Positions 12,490 to 27,060 of a DNA stretch of 64,000 bases are shown here, piece by piece. The stretch spans positions 25,007,852 to 25,071,851 of the forward strand of contig NC_068984.1 in assembly GCF_001194135.2 (NCBI RefSeq), read 5' to 3'. The notes beneath the pieces are model-generated. The model was not told where the DNA came from. It made no database searches and saw nothing but the letters and a program-made list of their open reading frames with translations. This stretch comes from Octopus bimaculoides (taxonomy: Eukaryota). The stretch's first letter is position 1. Every line of letters starts with the position of its first letter. The translations under genes were made by a program, and so were the position numbers.

Positions 12490-12528
<39 letters not shown>
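12143..12528. repeat. Compound (GT)n/(GTGA)n/GTAA microsatellite abutting a gap
   Basis: Seen directly. Confidence 0.95.
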
Positions 12529-13101
12529 NNNNNNNNNNNNNNNNNNNNNNNNNNNNNNNNNNNNNNNNNNNNNNNNNNNNNNNNNNNNNNNNNNNNNNNN
12601 NNNNNNNNNNNNNNNNNNNNNNNNNNNNNNNNNNNNNNNNNNNNNNNNNNNNNNNNNNNNNNNNNNNNNNNNNNNNNNNNNNNNNNNNNNNNNNNNNNNN
12701 NNNNNNNNNNNNNNNNNNNNNNNNNNNNNNNNNNNNNNNNNNNNNNNNNNNNNNNNNNNNNNNNNNNNNNNNNNNNNNNNNNNNNNNNNNNNNNNNNNNN
12801 NNNNNNNNNNNNNNNNNNNNNNNNNNNNNNNNNNNNNNNNNNNNNNNNNNNNNNNNNNNNNNNNNNNNNNNNNNNNNNNNNNNNNNNNNNNNNNNNNNNN
12901 NNNNNNNNNNNNNNNNNNNNNNNNNNNNNNNNNNNNNNNNNNNNNNNNNNNNNNNNNNNNNNNNNNNNNNNNNNNNNNNNNNNNNNNNNNNNNNNNNNNN
13001 NNNNNNNNNNNNNNNNNNNNNNNNNNNNNNNNNNNNNNNNNNNNNNNNNNNNNNNNNNNNNNNNNNNNNNNNNNNNNNNNNNNNNNNNNNNNNNNNNNNN
13101 N
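12529..13101. other. Assembly gap
   Basis: N run. Other large gaps: 19268-20070, 55820-56239, 57067-57745, 60491-61152. Confidence 1.
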
Positions 13102-13189
13102 TGCAGGTTGTTGCTCTTTTACCACAGGTTAACCCTAAACCAGAAGACTTGTGATCAAAAGGTGTTAAAGTCATGATTATGGGATAAAG

Positions 13190-13504
13190 CAGGGGTTATC
13201 AAACTTTTTGACTTGCGGACCCCTTTATATTTCAGGCTTTACCTTAGGGACCCCCCTATGAACGCTTATGAAATTTATACATAAATATTTGCTTAAAATA
13301 ACATATTTTTACATTTATTTATTTAACAGTATTTAACAAATAGGTTTATTGTCAATTAAAAGATTTCGATTAAAAAACATATATAAAATCAAATTGCCCA
13401 CAAAAAGTATTTGCTGTCCACGGACCCCCTGTCTTGTCTTTGCGGACCCCGTCTTGTCTTTGCGGACCCCCTGTGGTCCGTGGACCACAGTTTGAAAACC
13501 CCTA
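13190..13504. mobile_element. hAT (Charlie-like) MITE
   Basis: TIRs CAGGGGTTATCAAACT / AGTTTGAAAACCCCTA. 8-bp TSD GGATAAAG / GTATAAAG. Confidence 0.8.
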
Positions 13505-13686
13505 GTATAAAGTATCAAGAACTGTCCTGGACACATCTTCCATTTTTAAGAGAGTAGAATATGATTTGAGGGACATTTTTCAGTTTTTTAAGCAGATAAA
13601 GCAATGTCATGAAGGCCTCTCTTTGGTTCAAATGGTTACATTCAAGTGATTGTGCTGTCAGTAACTAATATTGCATGAATATCAGT

Positions 13687-14060
13687 TTAGCACCATTTGA
13701 GCGTAATCGTTACCAATGTCGCCTTCCTGGCACTTGTGCCAGTGGCACGTGAAAAGACAACCGAGTGAGATCGTTGCCAGTACCGCTGGACTGGCTCCTG
13801 TGCAGGTGACATGTAAAATACACCATTTTGAGCGTGGCTGTTGCCAGTGCCACCTGACTGGCCTTCATGCCGGTGGCACATAAAAGCACCCACTACACTC
13901 TTGGAGTGGTTGGCATAAGGAAGGGCATCCAGCTGTAGAAACTCTGCCAAATTAGATTGGAGCCTGGTGTAGCCACCTGGTTCACCAGTCCTCAGTCAAA
14001 TCGTCCAACCCATGCTAGCATGGAAAGCGGACGTTAAACAATGATGATGATGATGATGAT
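13687..14060 (+). mobile_element. RTE-tailed VNTR element copy
   Basis: Colinear and highly similar to 530-889. Confidence 0.9.
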
Positions 14061-14599
14061 ATGAGAGAAGTTGTTTAGATCTAACAGCTTTTGTGACTCT
14101 AAATTCAGAACAAATTGATGCTGCTTTCATATATAGACTTAAGTTTTAAAAATTTTCTTTTTAAAGCAACAGAAAGGAAAATATGATATTCATGCTTTCT
14201 TTAAAACCTTAAAACAAAAAAAAACAAAATAAAATAATGAGTGGAATGGTTACATGTAAGAATAAGCTAAGCTAGGGACACTGCCCTGAAATATTTCTCA
14301 TTAATATCCCTTGCTGGGAGAAACACCATCTATTAAACAATATTTATATATTTATGCATATAAAAAAAAATAAGGCAAGAAAGTATAAAAATATAAAATA
14401 AAACAGACATTAGCTATTAAATCTACAATCTTCAGCAGCTATGTTGTCATAACACCTATCAGTCAATGTGGAAAAATAGAACAAGTCACAATCTGAAAGT
14501 TCTTTTGGGTTTTGGAAGCAGGAAAGTCTCTTAACAATTAGATATATGTATGTCAAAACACCTCCACAAAAGCTAAGTTTGAGCCAAAGCAGGAGGTAT

Positions 14600-14893
14600 G
14601 TGTGTGTCAGTGAGAGGAGGTGTGTGTATAGACACTAACACAAAAGAAAAAATATCTTTAATGTACTGGAGCTTTATGTTAATAACCAGCTTTATGAAGG
14701 TGTCGTTGCTAAGTAAATGTATTTCCAATTCTATAGAATTCTCTACATCAATTCAAAAGTTTTAAATAATTACCCAAAGATATTTGTCACGTCAAACAAC
14801 CCACTTTTCAGATTCAAACAAAATTTGCTCTTCCACCTACACAAATTCCACAGATGTACACTACCTATGCTATCAAAACAGACCAGACATTTT
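14600..14893 (-). pseudogene. FANCA: FANCA remnant exon
   Basis: Acceptor gaattttag. One frame gives EEQILFE (14833-14813) and VENSIELEIHLL (14746-14711) vs human QEHFLFE and VAASLQRQRELL. Confidence 0.7.
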
Positions 14894-15100
14894 CTAAAAT
14901 TCAACATTTAATGTATCAAGTATTTATATTTTCTTTTCACATGAATGACACAAATACATAAATTCTCATATATATATACATATATATATTGTATGTATGG
15001 ATATAAAACCACATTCTCAAAACATCACATCTGAATAATAAAACAGGTAGTCAATAAAATCCAGAACCAGCTTACACCATCTACAAAATATTTAGGTTTA

Positions 15101-15131
<31 letters not shown>

Positions 15132-15397
15132 ATTGAAAGAGACAGATAGAAACATCACTAAAGATACATTCTTACATCTACAAAGAGTAGTCCTTTTATC
15201 ATGCCTATCAAAGTATTTGAAACTTCAAGGAGATGACACACCAGCTAAATCTGAGAGCAAAACAAGTACCCTAAGAATAACATGTTTCCTTATCATTTAA
15301 CAAAAGATTTTAAAATATTTTGATACATTGACAGAATCTTGAATTTCAGTGCAATGCCCCTGGCAATGGCTGTAGTCCAATGACTGAAACAAGTATA

Positions 15398-15464
<67 letters not shown>

Positions 15465-16109
15465 ATATATATATATATATATATATATCTCATCATCATC
15501 GTTTAACGTCTGTTTTCCATGCTGGCATGGGTTGGACCATTTGACTGAGGTCTATCTATCTATATATATATATATATATATATATATCCCATTCAAATAA
15601 TGCTGCTTACTAAAAAGTAAATACCACCTGAACTCTAACAAATTATCTCTCAGATAATATTTGTGTTGTGAAAATAAATATCAATAGACTCTTTATCATT
15701 CCAATGTTGACAGATATATCAGACCTTAAATCAAAGAAAGTTACACTAAATAGCTATAATTCCTATTTCCTGAAGAGCAGATAGTCAGGGAAGAGATGAA
15801 CAATCTTCATGGGAGAACTTTATCTAAAGAGAAAATCATTTATGGATGAATCAACTAGTTTCATTTCTATAATTGTTTTCCTCTCTGATTAGCTTTAACT
15901 ACTGAAAAGGTTTCCATTCCATTTTAATTATTTTTGTTTTCTTCTCAGCTTTGTCATCTAATTAGTTATATATATATATATATATATGTACATATACATA
16001 TATATATTGCAGCTTCCCGGCTTGCCAGTCCTCAGTCAAATCATCCACCCATGCCAGCATGGAAAGCAGACATTAAACAATGACGAGGGTGATGATATAT
16101 CATATTAGA

Positions 16110-16270
16110 AGCTGTATAATCAGATTCTCCAGCTAGACTGTCCACCAATGTCATAAAACAGCCCAGCTGAGTAGAAGCCAAATTCAGTGTAAGCTTTCGA
16201 TATAAGTATATAGATCCACTCTACCCAACATATTGAGATTTATATCAGATGGTGTTTGCACTATGTAAGA
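16110..16270 (-). pseudogene. FANCA: FANCA remnant exon
   Basis: GRVDLYTYIESL (16225-16190) vs human GNEDIISRLQEM. Confidence 0.45.
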
Positions 16271-17162
16271 TGTATGAGCAGGTAGACAAAATGCTTAGTG
16301 GCATTTCTTTTGGCTTTATGTTCCAAGTTCAAATTCTGTCAAGGTCAACTTTAGGTTTTTAACATTTGAGATTATGATTCTAAAAGACATGCATAACATA
16401 AAACAGAAATTTTTTGGGATAAAATAAGAAAGTTGAAACTGAAAGTTTACAGGTGGAGGGAAAACAAAATCCACATGCACCACAAAAAATTCTATATTTT
16501 TTTTTTTGCAGACTGATTTATAATGCTTACAACATGCAGCATTAAAAAAAGTAGTTTTTGAGAGGATTTTCATACATCTCATAATTTCTAACTGTTCTAT
16601 AGGAATTCTCAAACTTGAATTAGAAATTAAATTTCTACTGGACACTAACAACAACTACACCATGCCAATATCCATAACAAATATCAGAAAATAATAGCAA
16701 TTTTAGATTAAAATTTTTTTTTATTTATTTAATTATACATTTTCACCAACTAGACCTCAGCTCTTTTATGTAGATACCTTTATTTTAATTTTTACCCAAA
16801 ATGTCAAAATCCCCATTTATACCAATATATTAATAGTACTTATTTTCCACACAGTTCCTCATATTTCCACTCCCATTACAGTTAAGGTTAAAGAACCTAA
16901 CCTGCATTCATTCATTCATTCAGCACAGAACCATGAAAGTCCTGGTCAATTCAAAATCCTTCTGCTACAACATTTTTATAATAATTTTCCTCTTTTGTTA
17001 GGGTTTCCCCCCTATTGTTTCCTAAATAATTCACCATAACAAACAACCAGGCAGCTTTCAATAACTTCAAAATAAAAAAATCAAATCAAAATATTCAAAT
17101 AATAGAAATGAATGCTATCTCTCATTCTTCTACTAAGAGTGTGCACACATGCACACACACAT

Positions 17163-17214
<52 letters not shown>

Positions 17215-17229
17215 CTGTGACAGTATGCA

Positions 17230-17334
17230 CTGTAGCTATTGTGCCTTGTTCCAGTTATACATAACAGTTGAATTAATGTTTCTTTGCACATTATGTCTAC
17301 AAACAGCAAGCTGCAAACCGAGTCAGAAGATAGC
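17230..17334 (-). pseudogene. FANCA: FANCA remnant exon
   Basis: Strong acceptor ttttatttttag. DSVCSLLFVDIM (17324-17289) vs human QAACTILVNALM. Confidence 0.55.
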
Positions 17335-17921
17335 CTAAAAATAAAATCTTTATTTTATCTGTTTCAGTCATGTTTGCATAAAGTCACAAAAAAATAATAG
17401 AGACCAATCAAAATTATAGTAATTTAAAGGAGGGGAAAACACTAAAACTACATTTCAGCAAAAAATAAATGTGATCATTCGTACAGTATGTCAACAAACC
17501 AACAAATATGTTTAGAACGAAATGCAGCTGTTACTAAATATTCAAAAATGATTGATTGTTGATAATTTCAAGAAGTAGCATGGGAAATGTTAGAAGCTAA
17601 TAATGGCATATTGGCCTAGTTTATCACATTGATTAGCTAGAATTTAGGCTTCATCTACATAATTGTCCCCAAAGATGATAAGAAAAGAATGTTAAAATAA
17701 AAAGGGATAAATGAAAATATTTTATTAGAAGTCAATGATAAAAAGGAATTTCATTAACTTACAAATATCTATACTGGATTAAGTATCCAAATTCACAAGA
17801 TGTAGATTCATACATATTTTTCCCACTGTGTTGCACCTTGGGCTAGTGTCTTCTGTTATAGCCCTGGGTCAACCAAAGCCTTGTGAGTGAATTTGGTAGA
17901 TGGAAACTGAAAGATGCCCAT

Positions 17922-17960
<39 letters not shown>

Positions 17961-17962
<2 letters not shown>

Positions 17963-18395
17963 TCATCATCGTTTAACGTCCGCTTTCCATGCTAGCATGG
18001 GTTGGACAATTTAACCGAGGACTGGTGAAACCAGATGGCTACATCAGACTCCAATATGATTTGGCAGAGTTTCTACAGCTGGATGCCCTTCCTAACGCCA
18101 ACCACTCAGAGAGTGTAGTAGGTGCTTTTACGTGTCACCCACACGAACGCCAATCAGGCGGTACTGGCAACGGCCACGCTCAAAATGGTGTATTTTATGT
18201 GCTACCCACACAAGAGCCAGTCCAGGGGCACTGGCAACGATCTCGCTCGAAAATCCTTACACATGTCACAGGCACAAGTGATGAATGTATATCCGAATAT
18301 GATCGATGATCTGAATGTCATCAATACCAGGGCCGCCTGACTGGCTCCCATGCTGGTGACACGTAAAAAGCACTATCCAAACGTGATCGATGCCA
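17961..18395 (-). mobile_element. RTE-tailed VNTR element copy
   Basis: (CAT)n GTTTAACGTCCGCTTTCC tail plus repeat units. Confidence 0.9.
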
Positions 18396-18619
18396 GGGCT
18401 ACTACTCACAAAGCTTTGGTCAGGCCAGAGCTATAGAAGAAGGTACTTGCACAAGGTGTCCCACAGTGGGACTGAATGCAAAAATCACGTGGTTAGGAAG
18501 CAGACCTCTTAACCTCAAGCCTTGCACAGCTCTGCCTGCACCTCTACTAAACCAAATACCTTTATCCAATTCCAAAAAGAACTGACAGTTGTGTATCCCA
18601 GATTCTGAAATTAATGTTC

Positions 18620-18930
18620 TAACCACTAAGCCATGCACCTCCACACACACTTTATATCCTTCTCCAAAAATATTGATTCAAGCAGAGCAACTAAGAAAGA
18701 TATTGTTTGAAGCTTCCAAAGATTTTAATAAAGTCAACCATTTAAAAATGCTTGGAACTAGAAAGTTATATCTCAAGGAAAATATTTGGAATGGATGACG
18801 AACTTTGTAACTTAGGAAATTGTCTTGAGCCTTTGCACTTCATGACTCATTTGAATACATGAATTTTGACTCATAAATTGTTTAAAAGAAGTCTTGGTGA
18901 ATAAAATTCAATCAAGCAAATTTTAAATGT
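18620..18930 (-). pseudogene. FANCA: FANCA remnant exon
   Basis: SIFKWLTLLKSLEASNNIF (W...F at 18740-18696) vs human TYQDWLHLELEIQPEADAL. Confidence 0.55.
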
Positions 18931-19223
18931 TGGCAATAACATGTAAGAAAAAAATTAACCATATAGAATATGTTCAAGAATTAAAATATTTAGTTATTCT
19001 CTACGTGAAATTAAACTGTATTACAGTGCTATATTTTACCACTAGAAGTTGTGTATTTTCACAGTTGATTGTTGGTATAAAAGTATCTGGCAAAGCAAAA
19101 TATGCTTTATTTTGTTTTAATAAAGTTATGTGAAACTTTATCTAACAGGAGGAGACCATTAAATGTTCTGCTTAAAATTGTTTCTTTACTGCTATTATTA
19201 GCATATGTGCAAGAATGTTTTTG

Positions 19224-19267
<44 letters not shown>

Positions 19268-20155
19268 NNNNNNNNNNNNNNNNNNNNNNNNNNNNNNNNN
19301 NNNNNNNNNNNNNNNNNNNNNNNNNNNNNNNNNNNNNNNNNNNNNNNNNNNNNNNNNNNNNNNNNNNNNNNNNNNNNNNNNNNNNNNNNNNNNNNNNNNN
19401 NNNNNNNNNNNNNNNNNNNNNNNNNNNNNNNNNNNNNNNNNNNNNNNNNNNNNNNNNNNNNNNNNNNNNNNNNNNNNNNNNNNNNNNNNNNNNNNNNNNN
19501 NNNNNNNNNNNNNNNNNNNNNNNNNNNNNNNNNNNNNNNNNNNNNNNNNNNNNNNNNNNNNNNNNNNNNNNNNNNNNNNNNNNNNNNNNNNNNNNNNNNN
19601 NNNNNNNNNNNNNNNNNNNNNNNNNNNNNNNNNNNNNNNNNNNNNNNNNNNNNNNNNNNNNNNNNNNNNNNNNNNNNNNNNNNNNNNNNNNNNNNNNNNN
19701 NNNNNNNNNNNNNNNNNNNNNNNNNNNNNNNNNNNNNNNNNNNNNNNNNNNNNNNNNNNNNNNNNNNNNNNNNNNNNNNNNNNNNNNNNNNNNNNNNNNN
19801 NNNNNNNNNNNNNNNNNNNNNNNNNNNNNNNNNNNNNNNNNNNNNNNNNNNNNNNNNNNNNNNNNNNNNNNNNNNNNNNNNNNNNNNNNNNNNNNNNNNN
19901 NNNNNNNNNNNNNNNNNNNNNNNNNNNNNNNNNNNNNNNNNNNNNNNNNNNNNNNNNNNNNNNNNNNNNNNNNNNNNNNNNNNNNNNNNNNNNNNNNNNN
20001 NNNNNNNNNNNNNNNNNNNNNNNNNNNNNNNNNNNNNNNNNNNNNNNNNNNNNNNNNNNNNNNNNNNNNNATATATATATATATATATATTTCCCTCTCT
20101 CTCTCTCTCTCTTCGGGAGAGAGGCACAAGCACATACACAGACATATACACACAC

Positions 20156-20219
<64 letters not shown>

Positions 20220-20539
20220 AAGAGAGAGAGAGAAAGAGAGAGGGAGACATAAATGTATGCCTGCACAGATTCATGTCATGTAAGTATGCATGAATGCATG
20301 TTTATGAATGTGCATGTATCTTCACATTTACATCATTTGGGCAGCAGTGACATTTTTTTGTATCCAGCTTAACTCTTAAAGTCATGTAGTACTTTCTGCA
20401 TATAAATCTCCCAATCCTGTTAGAAACTAGAGACTGATGAAATGTAATTCAGTATAAATTTTTTTTAAATATAGCCATTGCACAAAATTGAATGAAATTT
20501 GCTGATACACTATGATGAGCATTTGTGCACATTGTATAC

Positions 20540-21335
20540 CTGTTGACATGTCACTTTCATCTGCAAAAGTAGGTCGAATACATTAAGTTGATGACATGCA
20601 TTTCCAAATATATTTATAAGGTATCAATTCCCTATGTCAGAGTGGAATTTGTGCACCAGTTAGCCTCTGCCACTTAGAAGTTACATAACTCCCTTTAGCG
20701 AAAAAGTTCCAAAATATGCCTCCATCTTCAGCATTCAAAAACTTTGAGGGATCAACAAATGAATGTTATTTACTCTTGTTACAATATTTACACTCTTCTC
20801 GTAAATCCACAGAATTTGCAAAGATCCTTCATTTAAATTGTATCAGAAAATTAGTATTTATTCTTTAACTTTCATCATTATTCACAAATAAAAGCATCAA
20901 CGCAATATCAAGTAAAGGATAACTCAACTCCTGCTCAGATTCAGTTAATGCTGATATCAATTAGATAAGCTGGTGTTTATAGATGACATTGAAATATTAC
21001 TAATTATTTTATCCAAGTCTAAGCTATCTTTTTGCAATTAAATCATTAATATCACTGATGTCTAACTCACTGCTTGAAATATTAACCACCATTATGTTCA
21101 AAAACGAAAAGAAAAAAATCCAGATAAACTCACTTGATAATATGCTAAAAAAAAAAAAGAAATATGTTGCAAACAAGAAGTCTTTTGACAGAGATGATTA
21201 CGATGATTGTGGACCAATACCATCATTCTCTTAATGCATCCACTAAGAAATTAAATGCTTCTGTTTATGATGAATTTCTTTGCTTGCTTACATGTCCATT
21301 GGTATATAACAAGCTAAACAATTTATCTTTTATTT
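20540..21335 (-). pseudogene. FANCA: FANCA remnant exon(s), large block
   Basis: KDKLFSLLYTNGHV (21330-21289) vs human RVAFIESLKRADKI. LTESEQELSYPLLDIALMLLF vs LEPREHMAVDLLLTSF. Donor CAG|GTATAC at 20539. Long protein-like frame with stops; may be two exons. Confidence 0.5.
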
Positions 21336-21379
<44 letters not shown>

Positions 21380-22139
21380 CACACACAAAATTTGTTGAAA
21401 TAATTTGAAAATAAAACTTTAAGATATGTACTGCTATACTGAAATGTGTTCATAAGCCTAGAATCCTATCATGTGTGTAGAAGAGAGTGGGGTATGCATA
21501 TGTGTATATATGTGTATGTGTGTGTGTTTCAAAGAATGGATTTACACATACACAATGAGATTCTATATAGTTTCTCTCTATCAAAGTTCACTGAATTATA
21601 TTCATGCCTTTTCCAAAACTGTTTTTAGCTGAAAGTTCTTGTAGCCTACTTTGCTGGCGACAAAAAAATTATTTAAATTAAATTTTAGTAGATGTAAGTG
21701 ATATTGAGAAATTTTTGCAACACCCACACACAAGTGAGAAAGAGAAGAAAATGAGTTTTAAATATTTTTAAACTGTACTTCTCCCCCATGTATGATTGTA
21801 TATATGTGTGTGTGATAACAATTTCAGGTAGGTTTCCATGTACATTATGACAGATGTAGGTCTTATTTGCTACATACTAGAGGAGGATAAACAATTTTTG
21901 GGTTCGATGAAAAGCCATAGCAACACCAAAACATTAGAAAAAGATGTTTAGTTAACAAATTTAAGAACAGTGGACTGAAATAGGAAATCAGTTGCCCTAC
22001 ATATAAAAACATAATACAAATGGGAGAGTATAGAGGAAAATTCAATACTTCAGAGTACAAATGAATACAATAGCTATCATTATTGTCACATAACTACTCA
22101 TTTGAAGGATTTAACTAGTTCTTTAGTCTTAGTTAATCA

Positions 22140-22360
22140 GAAGTAGTTAACTAGACATAGTATCTTCAGTATACAAATAAAATTCAAGTGTACATAATGG
22201 TAACATAGGAGAATTAAATGGAGCAGAATATACCTCGAACATTTCAAAAGATATAACTTGTAAATCAAGAATTTTAGAATAAAATAACTGGGAACACTTC
22301 TAAGAATACTACGCAGTAGATTTATCAAATAGGCACAAGCTCTCATGCTTTGGAACCTTC
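22140..22360 (-). pseudogene. FANCA: FANCA remnant exon
   Basis: ESLCLFDKST followed, after a frameshift, by SILRSVPSYFILKFL (22310-22266) vs human KAIMVFEHTG...SIFRRPYYVSHFL. Confidence 0.65.
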
Positions 22361-22859
22361 ATTATAAAAAAAAAATTAAATTAAAAAAAAGTTATTTCAC
22401 TTATTGGCTAAATAAGGAGTGCATTACATGTTGCAACCTCCTTTCATGAAGGAATACATATACACATGATTCTTTAATTCCTTTAATGGTTTCAGAATTT
22501 TTAGATTGCTGCCATGCTGGGACCTTGTTTTCAAAGGTTTTAATCAATTATAATAACCTCAATATTTTTTTCAGTACTTATTATTTTTTTTTTTTCATTT
22601 ATTTATTGAGTAGTTAAATCCACCTTGGTTAAAGATAATATAACTCACGTAGAATAAATACAATCAATGCAATGATTTATTGACAATCCACCCCCATATA
22701 TACACCAATAAATATATACAAATATGTGTGGGTTATATGTAAATGCACCAGGCAATGGAAACCAAAACAAATAAAATAAACAGATACCGAACAAGAAAAA
22801 CAAAACATCCAGAAAAACAGCACATGCAATCAACTAGATACAACAAAGATACATGTTGT

Positions 22860-23560
22860 TCATCAAAATCTCTTTTAGCCCCAGCAACATCCCTGATGCA
22901 GCAACTAAGCAAAAGCATAACAGGATCAGGTGGCCCCTAAACATGCCACCCACCACTGCACTACCCAATGTGTCCTTGGCACTGTAGAGCTGCTGGTTGT
23001 TTCTTCTCCCATTATTGACACCCATGGCACAGGAGACCAGAGAATAAAGAGAGCTAAAAGACAATATATCTGACCTTGAAGGCCACAAGACACAGTTCTT
23101 CTATGTGAGACATTAACTAAATTTTTCTCATCATGTAGAATTGTACCCAATGCCCTCATATAGTATTCTCTGCCCTTTTGAGCTGCTCTGTGATTATCTT
23201 CATCAACCCATTGTAATGGGTAGGGGTTATATGCTGAATTAACTTAGCCATCCTAACAATGACTAACCACTAGGAATGACTTTTTTTCTTTGGGCCTATA
23301 TGATAAGTCTTTATCAAAGTCCACCAGCTATTATTCAATTCTGAACAAGAAGAACCCAGCCATGAAAGATATCCTACAATCAGTGGTCAAGTTTCAATAA
23401 GCAGAAAGATAATATCCTGCAATGGTGCAGTGAGACATGCATAGGAAGACCATGTAGATTGGTCTGGTCATTGTATCGGGTCATCTCAGCTCACCGTTGT
23501 AACTGACACAAGTCTTGAATATATGTCAGGACTCAAACTTCTTGGCAGACATTTTGTTGT
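22860..23560 (-). mobile_element. Possible decayed L1/Tx1-type LINE 3' region
   Basis: Higher-complexity block with a TVSCGL...GEETT...W motif reminiscent of the C-terminal Zn-binding domain. Weak match. Confidence 0.3.
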
Positions 23561-23965
23561 AATTATTTGGGTGCCACACACATCACACACACCTGCAACA
23601 ATGAAATACCTTCACTTCTGTGCTTTCCTGGTTTGTGAGGGGACACAAGCTATATAGTATAGACAGGAATGATTGCAATTTTCTGAGTGTGTGCATGCAT
23701 GTGTGCACACGTGTGTGTGCATGTGTGTGTGTGCACACATGCATGTGCACATATGAGAACTCTGGAGAATTCCTGTCTGCCATCTTCTACTTACAAAACA
23801 TGTTTACCCAAGACTATTATTGAAAACACTTTCCCAAGATACTGTATAGTACGACTGAACTCTGAACTACATGGCACATCTGGTTGCAAAGCAAACTTAA
23901 CTGCAGAGTCATGTCTNNNNNNNNNNNNNNNNNNNNNNNNNNNNNNNNNNNNNNNNNNNNNNNNN

Positions 23966-24010
<45 letters not shown>

Positions 24011-24774
24011 CACAGACACATGTAGAGTGGTAAGGTATTATGCTTTCACACATACATGGAATATAATTAAATATCAAATATATGGATTTCTTACTCAACT
24101 GTTCATGATTATTATTCATCAACATGGCTATCATCCGTATTGACTGTAAAGAGGACAAACAGGATTTATTATCTTTAATTTTTTTTTCCAAATGCATAAG
24201 TGAAACAAATAAAAAGAAAGTCAAACAAGTAAAGACCAAACCAGATAAATAGCCTTTCTCTTGCTCTTATGGTCACTGAATTAAAGAGTCAGGTTTCAGA
24301 ACTGTGACATAAAGCAAGGAAATTCAACACTACAGTTGGCTGTCTGGCTAGACCTAGCACTAAACCAACATTAATCGTATCTTCATGTGTGTGTGTGTGT
24401 CCCACTACCGCTTGACAACTGGTGCTGGTATTTACATCACCATAACTCAGCAGCTTAGCAAAAGAGATTGATAAAGTAAGTGCAAAACTTAAATATAAAA
24501 AAAAAGTACTGGGGTCGAAACATTTGAATAAAAATTTGAGGTGGTGCTCCAGCATGGCCACAGTCTGATGACTGAAAAAAGCAAAAGGTAAAAAGCAGTT
24601 TTTTTTTTTTGTTTGAGAGCGTTTTTGCAGCCTTCAGTGTTTCAACAAGGCTGAAAACAATACAAGTGCTCACACAAAAACACACTTCCATCAAGTCTGG
24701 GTTAATCTATTTATTTCTTTTTAAAGATTTTTAAGTAAACAAGCATGTATGAATGAGAAAGAAGAAGAGACAGC

Positions 24775-24778
<4 letters not shown>

Positions 24779-24806
<28 letters not shown>

Positions 24807-25215
24807 GTTTAACGTCCGCTTTCCATGCTTGCATGGGTTGGACGATTTGACTGAGGACTGGTGAACCAGATGGCTACACCAGACTCCAATCAGATTTGGC
24901 AGAGTTTCTACAGCTGGATGCCCTTCCTAACGCCAACCACTCTGAGAGTGTAGTGGGTGCTTTTATGTGCCACCGGCACAAAGGCCTGTATGGAGGTACT
25001 GGCAATGGCCACACTCGAAATGGTGTATTTTACGTGCCACCTGCACAGGAGCCAGTCCAGCGGTACTGGCAACGAACTCGCTCGAATGTCTTTTCACGTG
25101 CCACTGGCACAAGTGCCAGGAAGGCGACGTTGGCAACGATCACGCTCAAATGGTGCTATTTACGTGCCACCAGCACAGAAGCCAGACAGCTGGTGCTCTG
25201 GCAACAATCACGCTA
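24779..25215 (-). mobile_element. RTE-tailed VNTR element copy
   Basis: Same family; CpGs retained, so likely young. Confidence 0.9.
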
Positions 25216-25789
25216 TATACAAAAGTGTATGTAGTGATATAATGAAATGTCATGAAACCAGTAACAACTATAAGTTTGTCACTATCAAACAAAACTAAAA
25301 ACCAGTGCTGTCTATAACCGCAGAAATAACTATATCATATTCAAAACTTCAAACTGAACATAGGATTTTTGTCAGAAAATACAAAGAAAGTTAATTGATA
25401 TAAACAATAATTGTTGCTGACGTGCTTTGAGACATGAGAGATAAACATAAATACAAATGTAAACACCATGCAAAGATATAACAGGAGTTTAACTCTTTAC
25501 TCACCCACGCACACACATACAGAGATGCACATACTCATAATCAAAAGAAGGAACCTCTAAATGGCCACTTGAACTGCTAGAAATAGCAGCAAAATCTTGC
25601 TTAAATTACATCTTAAAAGAAAGAAGACAACACTGAATAATGTAGTTTTGGTGACACAATTGGAAAACCGTTGATGATAGACCTGCTCAATCAGAGCTCA
25701 TCTAGGGATATATGTATATATTCATATATAAATTCATGCACATATTATATCTCATGTGCGTGTGTGTGAGTGCGTGCGTGCATAACTTT

Positions 25790-26090
25790 TGTTTCCAAAA
25801 TGGAGAATTATTGTCCTGTGATAGTGAGTGCAGAGCTGATGTTAATAATTGGGCACAGACAATAAGGAGCCAGCAATTTTGATGGCTGGGGCAATCTAGG
25901 TACACATGGAAGTAATGGAATTCCCCAGTACAATCTCAAAATCTTATTGAATCTAATTCTACCTGTTAATGATGTACTCCAGCTTCATAACTGGACTAAT
26001 TATCTTAAAAACCATATAATTTCCCCCCACCTTCTAATGTATTTCCTTTATCTTTATAACAGTTATTGATGTTGCTGCTCTATCAAGATA
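25790..26090 (-). pseudogene. FANCA: FANCA remnant exon
   Basis: MVFKIISPVMKLEY (FK...LE at 26009-25977) vs human FLFTFLSELVPFES. Confidence 0.55.
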
Positions 26091-26659
26091 TTAGTGGGGA
26101 AGAGAAGGGTAACACCTATCTAAAAAAGAAAAATTGTATCATCATCATCATCCTTTAACATCCGTTTTCCACCCTAGCATGGGTTGGAAGGTTTGACCAG
26201 AGCTGCACCAGGTTCTAGTCTGATTTGGTTTGGTTTCTATGGCTAAATGTTCTTTCTAATGCCAATCACTTTACAGTGTGTGCTGGGTGCTTTTAACCTG
26301 GCACCAGAATGATGTGGCACCTACACAATCAGGTGGCACAATACAGATTTCATTAGCATCTCAGTACCTTTCCTTGCTTCTATATCCTTAATTGTTTTAC
26401 TATCTTTGTTTTTTTTTTCTGGATTACACCCAACTAATAAAGCCAGGCCTCTATTGTCCCATTCGGGCCTATACTTCAGCTGTATTTTAATTATGCTTCC
26501 ATGCATTTTTTTATTTTACTAAATTGCCAATGATCATAAGTGTGTTCTTGTCATTTCAAATATACATTTCATCAATCGTATCCTGATCATTCTGACACTA
26601 TTTTGTAATTCAAAACATATCATACAGTGCACAGAACAAAATTTCTACTCTACTGACTT

Positions 26660-27060
26660 CCCTCCTACACAGACAAACCTGACATCATGTGTTTCATCTA
26701 GCTATTAGACACTGTTCATTCTTTGCTATTTCTTTTCTTCTATGTAGTCTTATTAATCCATTGTCTAGGTTAACACCACTGCTAACATCTTGAGTGCCTT
26801 CAGCAGAATTCATTATGTTCAAGCATTCATGCCAAGCTTCTGATTTGAGGATACCTTCCTTCTTCTCAACATTCTTAAAAGCTCTGTAAAAGTTCACAGA
26901 TACAAAAAAAAATTTCTTCTTCCAAATCCAACTACCATGTTATCCACTGAATGTCTTTTAAGAATGTTCAGCTGCCCTATACACTAAGAGTTCCTTATCT
27001 GTTCAGCTCTTTAATGAAGATGGTTATCCAGAGGTACATATTTCTAAATTGTTTCCAGCT
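26660..27060 (-). pseudogene. FANCA: FANCA remnant exon
   Basis: RAFKNVEKKEGILKSEAWHECL (ILKS...CL at 26852-26820) vs human [21 protein letters not shown]. Frameshifted upstream. Confidence 0.5.

Noticed and set aside
12119-13176. Long ORFs in the ORF track (also 19.1-20.3, 55.8-56.3, 57.0-57.9 and 60.5-61.2 kb)
   Set aside because: Artefacts of N runs and dinucleotide repeats.
20600-20680. KWQRLTGAQIPL resembling FANCA [10 protein letters not shown]
   Set aside because: Out of colinear order; the block at 8.5 kb is the positionally correct match.
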